From positions 192,001 to 256,000 of the forward strand of contig JBFWLW010000003.1 of the NCBI GenBank assembly GCA_050251945.1: 64,000 bases of DNA, read 5' to 3'. A model generated the notes under the pieces. That model searched no databases and was not told where the DNA came from. It was given only the letters and a program-made list of their open reading frames with translations. This document shows positions 58,813 to 64,000 of the stretch, in pieces; the first letter of the stretch is position 1, and the number at the start of each line of letters is the position of its first letter. The translations under genes and the position numbers were made by a program. The DNA comes from Deferribacterales bacterium (GTDB lineage: Bacteria; Chrysiogenota; Deferribacteres; Deferribacterales; Geovibrionaceae).

Positions 58813-59699
58813 GACCACAATCTAAATATGGACTGATATCCGAGGCATTAAATAAGAGTAATAACCTGTCAGTATCGCTTCTTTGTATGTGTGCCGCAGT
58901 CAGTCGCAGCGGATATTACTACTGGCAGAAGCACGAAGGGGAAGCTGCTCTTCGTGATTTGGAAGCATTGAGATTAGTTCGGTCTGTCCATAAGAGATTT
59001 CATGGCAAAGCAGGTATCCGGACAATCCGTATGTATCTTGAGTTTAAGTACGGAGTGGTGATGAATCTAAAAAAGATATCCTGCATAAAAAAGACTTACG
59101 GGATAGATACTAAGATACGACGTAAAAACAAGTATAATACCTTTAATCATGCTGTGCATGAGAACGAGACCTCTCCCAATCTTGTGGACAGAATATTTAA
59201 TGTTGTAGAACCGGACAGAGTGTACTCAACAGATATAACATACCTTCCCTATTATGGCGGTAAGCAGGCATATTTATCAGCAACTAAAGATTTATGCAGC
59301 AGGGAGATAGTGCATTACAATGTCAGCCGTAATATCAGAACAGACCTTGCGTGTGAAGGTCTTTGCGATGTATTTAAGAAATTACCTGATGCTGTCAGAA
59401 GTAACCTGATTATCCATTCGGATCAGGGAGGTCATTACAGGAGCAAAGAGTTCAGGAGTCTTTTAAATGAGTACGGCATAAAGCAGTCGATGTCCAGAAG
59501 AGGTAATTGTCTGGATAACGCACCGATCGAAAGTTTCTTCGGTCACATGAAAGACGAGATAGAGCTTGGAAAATGCATCAGCTTCGATGATGTAAAAGAG
59601 ATGGTAAGTAAATATATCCGTTTCTATAATGAAGAGAGATACCAATGGACATTAAAAAAGATGACGCCGATTGAATACCGACGTCATCTTGATACTTGA
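58785..59699 (+). CDS. IS3 transposase OrfB (DDE), expressed by -1 frameshift
   Basis: A AAA AAG slippery site at 58779-58785, with the -1 frame open into TDITY, HSDQG and DNAPIESFF. Confidence 0.9.
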   Translation, partial: ATCLGERRIRPQSKYGLISEALNKSNNLSVSLLCMCAAVSRSGYYYWQKHEGEAALRDLEALRLVRSVHKRFHGKAGIRTIRMYLEFKYGVVMNLKKISCIKKTYGIDTKIRRKNKYNTFNHAVHENETSPNLVDRIFNVVEPDRVYSTDITYLPYYGGKQAYLSATKDLCSREIVHYNVSRNIRTDLACEGLCDVFKKLPDAVRSNLIIHSDQGGHYRSKEFRSLLNEYGIKQSMSRRGNCLDNAPIESFFGHMKDEIELGKCISFDDVKEMVSKYIRFYNEERYQWTLKKMTPIEYRRHLDT

Positions 59700-59760
59700 A
59701 AACTTAAAGGGCTTTTTTACTGTCCGAAAAACAGGGGACAGTTCATTCGGCTCCCTTTTT

Positions 59761-61026
59761 TTATTCAGATACTGTATTTCTGCCCTTTGCTTTCGCGCGG
59801 AACAATGCGCTGTCAGCCGCCTTTAAGAACGCTTCCGCATCCTCGCCGTTGAACTGCACAACACCGAAACTGCACGTCGCCTCGCCGATATTCGCAAACT
59901 CATGACCTGATATACCGAGCCTGAGTTTCTCAGCAAGCTTCATTGCACCCTCCAGACCGACCTCAGGCGTGAGTATCAGAAACTCCTCTCCGCCGTATCT
60001 GGCAAATACGTCAGTCGTTCTGACATTTGCACCCACGAGCGAGGCAAGTTCCTTTAAAAGCCCGTCGCATGCCTGCTGACCGAACCTCTCGTTCATATCG
60101 CAGAATTTATCTATGTCAAACATGATGAGCGCCAGGCTGCCTTCATAGCGGCGGCTTCTGATTATTTCCCTGTTAAGTTCATCTAAAAATTTCTGTCTGT
60201 TGTATATATCCGTAAGGGGATCCTTCATCGCAAGGTTATGGAAGAACCGTTTCTGGGACTCCATCACCGTTACGTCTATGAATGAGATAGCGAACCCGTC
60301 CTCTTCCTCTATCCTTGTGACCCTTGCGATATAGGTCTTAGCATCACTTTTCATCATATCGCTGCGGATAAGGCTTACGATGGTTTCATATCCGTCCAGC
60401 CAGCGAACTCTTTTAAGCCAGACAGAAAAAGGCACCGTAGTGTCGTTCCTGCGATTTTCCACAACTTCAACATTCGCCATGCCCTCTGTGCAGACAACTG
60501 AACTGACGCCGAAAAAGTCGAGCAGTGATGAGTTCATATATGTTACAGTTTCGCCGTAACCCGCCATATACATTTCTCTGGAAGTGTCCAATATCCGTGT
60601 CAGAAGATTTCTGTTGCGCTCCACAGCCTTCTGCCTGTTTATCTTTTCCGCAGCGAGAGCTATATTTCGCTTCATTGTGCGCAAGTTGACAGGTTTCAGG
60701 AGATAACACTCAACATTGGCATCCAATGACCCCAGAAGAGTCTTTTCATCCTTGTTTCCGCTTATCATCATTACAGGTGTATCGTGGTTTATCTCTTTGA
60801 TTCGTCTGGTGAGCTCAACACCATCGGAGAAGGGGAGGACTGCCTCGGTTATCACAAGATCGGGGCGATGTGTTTTGAAATAATCAAGCGCATCTTCCGC
60901 CGTAGACATAACCGTCAGGCTTTTAAGAGAATTTTCAAACGTGAACCTCATCGCTTCCGCAGTTTCGGAGTTATCGTCGACATAAAGGACTGTTAATTCA
61001 CGAAAAAGATGTGTTTTGAGATGCAT
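59761..61026 (-). CDS. Receiver-(PAS-like)-GGDEF diguanylate cyclase
   Basis: REC (YVDD..LLKP), DPLT, FDID, RTTD I-site and RYGGEEF. Confidence 0.92.
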   Translation of the reverse strand: MHLKTHLFRELTVLYVDDNSETAEAMRFTFENSLKSLTVMSTAEDALDYFKTHRPDLVITEAVLPFSDGVELTRRIKEINHDTPVMMISGNKDEKTLLGSLDANVECYLLKPVNLRTMKRNIALAAEKINRQKAVERNRNLLTRILDTSREMYMAGYGETVTYMNSSLLDFFGVSSVVCTEGMANVEVVENRRNDTTVPFSVWLKRVRWLDGYETIVSLIRSDMMKSDAKTYIARVTRIEEEDGFAISFIDVTVMESQKRFFHNLAMKDPLTDIYNRQKFLDELNREIIRSRRYEGSLALIMFDIDKFCDMNERFGQQACDGLLKELASLVGANVRTTDVFARYGGEEFLILTPEVGLEGAMKLAEKLRLGISGHEFANIGEATCSFGVVQFNGEDAEAFLKAADSALFRAKAKGRNTVSE

Positions 61027-61094
61027 TGCCGGACCTCTGGAGGCTCTTTAAAAACAAAGTATACCACTAATTACACAGTTGGCAAATTTATTTG

Positions 61095-63344
61095 CTATTT
61101 TTTTGCAATGAGCTGTTCGATTCGTTTGATGAGTTCTTTGACAAGCAGAGGCTTAAGCAGAACCACGTGTTCGCTCTCGTCGAAGTTGTCCCTTTTATGT
61201 GTTTCGCCGACATAGCCGGTGGTGAATATCATCTTCACATCCGGATTGATGGCGCTCATTTGAGAATATGCCTCTATGCCGTCCATAACCGGCATCACGA
61301 TATCACTTATGACAAGGTCTATGCCGCTGTGCTGCTTTTTATATATATCGAGCGCCTCTTTACCGTTTGCAGCCTCAATGACCTTATATCCGTAGGCATC
61401 AAGTGCGTTCACGAGGCTTTCGCGCACCATCTTTTCATCTTCGATAAGGAGGATAACTGCGCTCTTTGTTGATTTGACGTCAATCTCCTCTTTAACTTCT
61501 TCAGGCTTCTGCTCTGTCACAGGCAGCTTTATGATGAATTCCGTACCGACCCCTATCTCACTCTGGCACTCTATCATGCCGTGGTGGCGGTTTATAATAT
61601 CGCTAACGATGTAAAGCCCAAGCCCGGTTCCTTTGCCTTCCTCTTTTGTGGTATAGAACGGCTCGAATATCTTTCTGAGCTTTTTCTCTTCTATGCCGCT
61701 TCCGTTGTCTTTAACACTTATGACCGCGTACTCTTTAAAGCCGCCGCCGGCTTCTTTGCTGCTAATCATAAGCCTGTCGGTGGATATGGTAAGTATCCCG
61801 TCTTTTGTCACGGCGTCCCTTGCGTTTGTGGCAAGGTTGATTATCACCTGTTCCAACTGTACGGGATCGCCGATTACATTTATCTCTTCCGGACTCAGTT
61901 CTTTCCGTATTTCCAGTTTATTACCTATCACCATGGAAAGAAATCCGCTGACGGTTTCAACAAGATCGTTCAGGTTAAGAACTCTTTCAGACTGCATCTG
62001 TTTGCGGGAGAAGGTAAGCAGGTTCTGCGTCAGGCTTTTCGCTCTTATTGTAAGCTCGACTATCTTATCGACGTATATATAAAAACTGCTTTCAGGTTCC
62101 ATTTTGCGTTTCATGATGGAAGCAAAACCACCTATCGCTGTGAGCATGTTGGTGAAATCGTGAGCGATACCGCTTGTAAGTTCGCCCACCGTCTCCATCT
62201 TCTGCGCATGCATAAGCTGGCTTTTGATACGCAGTCTCTCTGTGATATCCTCTTCAACGATTACAATATTCTGAAGTTCGCTTTTCTCGTTCAGAACAGG
62301 GGAAACGGAACCGAGAACAACGTATTCCTCGCCGTCTCTGCCAAGTCTGTTGTATTCACCGACCCAGCTCTGTCCGCCGACGCAGTTTTTCAATGCGTTT
62401 CTGAAATCGTCTTTTTTCTCATTGCTGACTATGTTGCCAAGGATTTCCGCGCCTATAGAGTCACTTCTTGATCTTCCTGTCATTGTGCAGTATGCCTTAT
62501 TCACATAGAAGATCTTGTAATCGTTGTCAGTTATGATTACAGACGAAGCGCTGGCGTCTATCGCTTTGTTAAGTATCATCGCCTGCTGTTTTGCAGATTC
62601 TTTTTCTGTTATATCGTGAATAATGCCGAGAATTGCGGTCTTTCCCTCTGTCTTAACGGACTGGAACACTGCTTCCGCAGGATATACTGTTCCGTCGCTC
62701 CTTTTCATGCGCGTGTAAAACGTTTTTCTTGATTTGAACTTGTCCCATCCGCTCATAAAGCCAACGGGCATTACGTCGGTCATTATATCGTTCATACACA
62801 TGCTCTTAAGCTGTTCTTCGGAATATTTAAGGTTACGCGCTGCCTTGCGGTTTGCAAATGTAACGCGGAAATCGGAACCGTTAAGCACATATATCTCATC
62901 CTCTGCGGAATTGATTATGTTTTGCAGTTCCTTTATCTCCTGTTTTGCTTTTTTCCCTTCGACTATCTCTCTGTATCCCTTGACCTCTCTTTTTATGACA
63001 GGGCAGAGACGTATGAGGTTGTCAGTTGTTACATAGTCAGAGGCTCCGGAACTTATGAATCCCGCTGCCTTTTCCTGTTTGTCTTTGTTTGTGATCAAAA
63101 TGAGAGGTAGATCCTGATCTATAGATTTCAGTATGGCAAGCGCCTGAGTGACGTAAACATCACCCAGGGCTGTATCTGCAAGAGCGATAAGCACATTTCC
63201 GGAAAGAAGTTTCTCCGAAAAAAAGCTCAGATCGCTGGTCATTTCAAAGATATGGTCACTGCATACAGTTTTAAGGTACTCCTGCACAGCGGTGCAGAGC
63301 TGTTTATCAGCAGTAAGAAAGATGATACCAGTGCGGTTTTTCAT
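61095..63344 (-). CDS. Hybrid histidine kinase (REC-like, PAS x2, HisKA/HATPase, REC)
   Basis: GIAHDFTN, NARDA, DNGSG, FYTTK and GTGLGL. C-terminal SDIVMP receiver. Confidence 0.92.
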   Translation of the reverse strand: MKNRTGIIFLTADKQLCTAVQEYLKTVCSDHIFEMTSDLSFFSEKLLSGNVLIALADTALGDVYVTQALAILKSIDQDLPLILITNKDKQEKAAGFISSGASDYVTTDNLIRLCPVIKREVKGYREIVEGKKAKQEIKELQNIINSAEDEIYVLNGSDFRVTFANRKAARNLKYSEEQLKSMCMNDIMTDVMPVGFMSGWDKFKSRKTFYTRMKRSDGTVYPAEAVFQSVKTEGKTAILGIIHDITEKESAKQQAMILNKAIDASASSVIITDNDYKIFYVNKAYCTMTGRSRSDSIGAEILGNIVSNEKKDDFRNALKNCVGGQSWVGEYNRLGRDGEEYVVLGSVSPVLNEKSELQNIVIVEEDITERLRIKSQLMHAQKMETVGELTSGIAHDFTNMLTAIGGFASIMKRKMEPESSFYIYVDKIVELTIRAKSLTQNLLTFSRKQMQSERVLNLNDLVETVSGFLSMVIGNKLEIRKELSPEEINVIGDPVQLEQVIINLATNARDAVTKDGILTISTDRLMISSKEAGGGFKEYAVISVKDNGSGIEEKKLRKIFEPFYTTKEEGKGTGLGLYIVSDIINRHHGMIECQSEIGVGTEFIIKLPVTEQKPEEVKEEIDVKSTKSAVILLIEDEKMVRESLVNALDAYGYKVIEAANGKEALDIYKKQHSGIDLVISDIVMPVMDGIEAYSQMSAINPDVKMIFTTGYVGETHKRDNFDESEHVVLLKPLLVKELIKRIEQLIAKK

Positions 63345-63395
63345 TTTGATAATCTAACCAGCTCCGGCAATACACCGGACGACAGCATCTGTTCG

Positions 63396-64000
63396 CTACT
63401 CTTCGTCTGTAAGCTCTCTATATCCGAATTTTTTCGAGAGAACTTTCGCAGCCTCAAGCACCATAGGGGCAACACTGTCCCTGATGGAATCCATAGGCAT
63501 CCTTTCCGCAGGGGCGGAAACGCTTATGCCTGCAATTATATTGCCCATGAAGTCTTTGATAGGTGCGCCGACACAGCGGACACCCAGTTCATATTCTTCA
63601 TTATCTACAGCATACCCGTTTCTTTTTATCTCGTCCAGCTCGTCTTTAAGCTGGTCAAAATTCTTTATACTGTTTGCGGTTATCTTTTTGAACTCGCCTG
63701 AGTAAAGCTTTTCAAGCTCCATCGGATCATAATAGGCAAGCTGAGCTTTGCCGGTTGCGGTTGCGTATGCCGGTCCGACATTTCCTATCCGCGGCAGAAC
63801 TCGCACAGCCTGTTCCGTTTCAATAACGTTCAGATACACAACGTTGCCTTCACGCAGTACGCTGATGTATGCAGATTCGTTTGTATCGTTTTTCAGTTGC
63901 TGAAGAACCTGTATGGATATTTCTATCAGGTTCAGCTTGTTTATGTACGCCTGCGATATCTGGAAAGTTTTAACACCCAGACGGAAGTTTCCGGTATATC
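63396..64000 (-). CDS. IclR-family transcriptional regulator (5' end beyond the window)
   Basis: Frame open to the window edge (FRLGVK..). ATATGKA, GYAVDNEE and GVRCVGAPI motifs. Confidence 0.9.
   Translation of the reverse strand, partial: YTGNFRLGVKTFQISQAYINKLNLIEISIQVLQQLKNDTNESAYISVLREGNVVYLNVIETEQAVRVLPRIGNVGPAYATATGKAQLAYYDPMELEKLYSGEFKKITANSIKNFDQLKDELDEIKRNGYAVDNEEYELGVRCVGAPIKDFMGNIIAGISVSAPAERMPMDSIRDSVAPMVLEAAKVLSKKFGYRELTDEE

Larger units (their letters stand above)
58331..59745 (+). mobile_element. IS3-family (IS150-like) insertion sequence, 1415 bp, apparently intact
   Basis: TIRs TGAACTGTCCCC..GGACA / TGTCC..GGGGACAGTTCA. 3-bp TSD TTC at 58328-58330 and 59746-59748. Confidence 0.95.

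Noticed and set aside
58780..58890. Apparent frameshifted transposase pseudogene
   Set aside because: This is the normal IS3 programmed -1 frameshift at A AAA AAG.
61581..62471. 296-aa plus-strand ORF
   Set aside because: Shadow of the hybrid histidine kinase.

Overview
A 64-kb bacterial chromosomal window, mostly core genes. Gene content and protein style suggest Deferribacterota (Seleniivibrio/Denitrovibrio-like); this is inference only. Genes in order: lnt (partial), feoA/fur, a divergent polysaccharide deacetylase, a DsrE-like protein, then an OlsB-like/OlsA-like acyltransferase pair divergent from a PHP-GT4 fusion and a radical SAM gene. Next come TPP-riboswitch thiC-thiE-thiL, Csd6/Csd4-like peptidoglycan peptidases, rsmF-like, trkAH-hypF, an HDOD regulator, parA-parB-bactofilin-tpiA-secG-oppABC, znuCB, fabI, radA, ruvB, pta-ackA, murI, a peroxiredoxin, MocR/DUF2917, Sir2, CIRCE-hrcA-grpE-dnaK-dnaJ, argH, der, an aminotransferase, an intact IS3/IS150 element, a diguanylate cyclase, a hybrid kinase and a partial IclR. 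The most notable observations are four. (1) A candidate phosphorus-free membrane-lipid remodelling locus with phased Pho-box-like sites. (2) A family of composite, REP-carrying MITEs that sit between duplicated intrinsic-terminator hairpins, one of them later hit by IS3. (3) A dense REP/REPIN family in intergenic regions. (4) A structured 153-bp tandem array directly upstream of the sirtuin gene. No rRNA, tRNA or CRISPR array was seen. All calls are by eye, without database searches.
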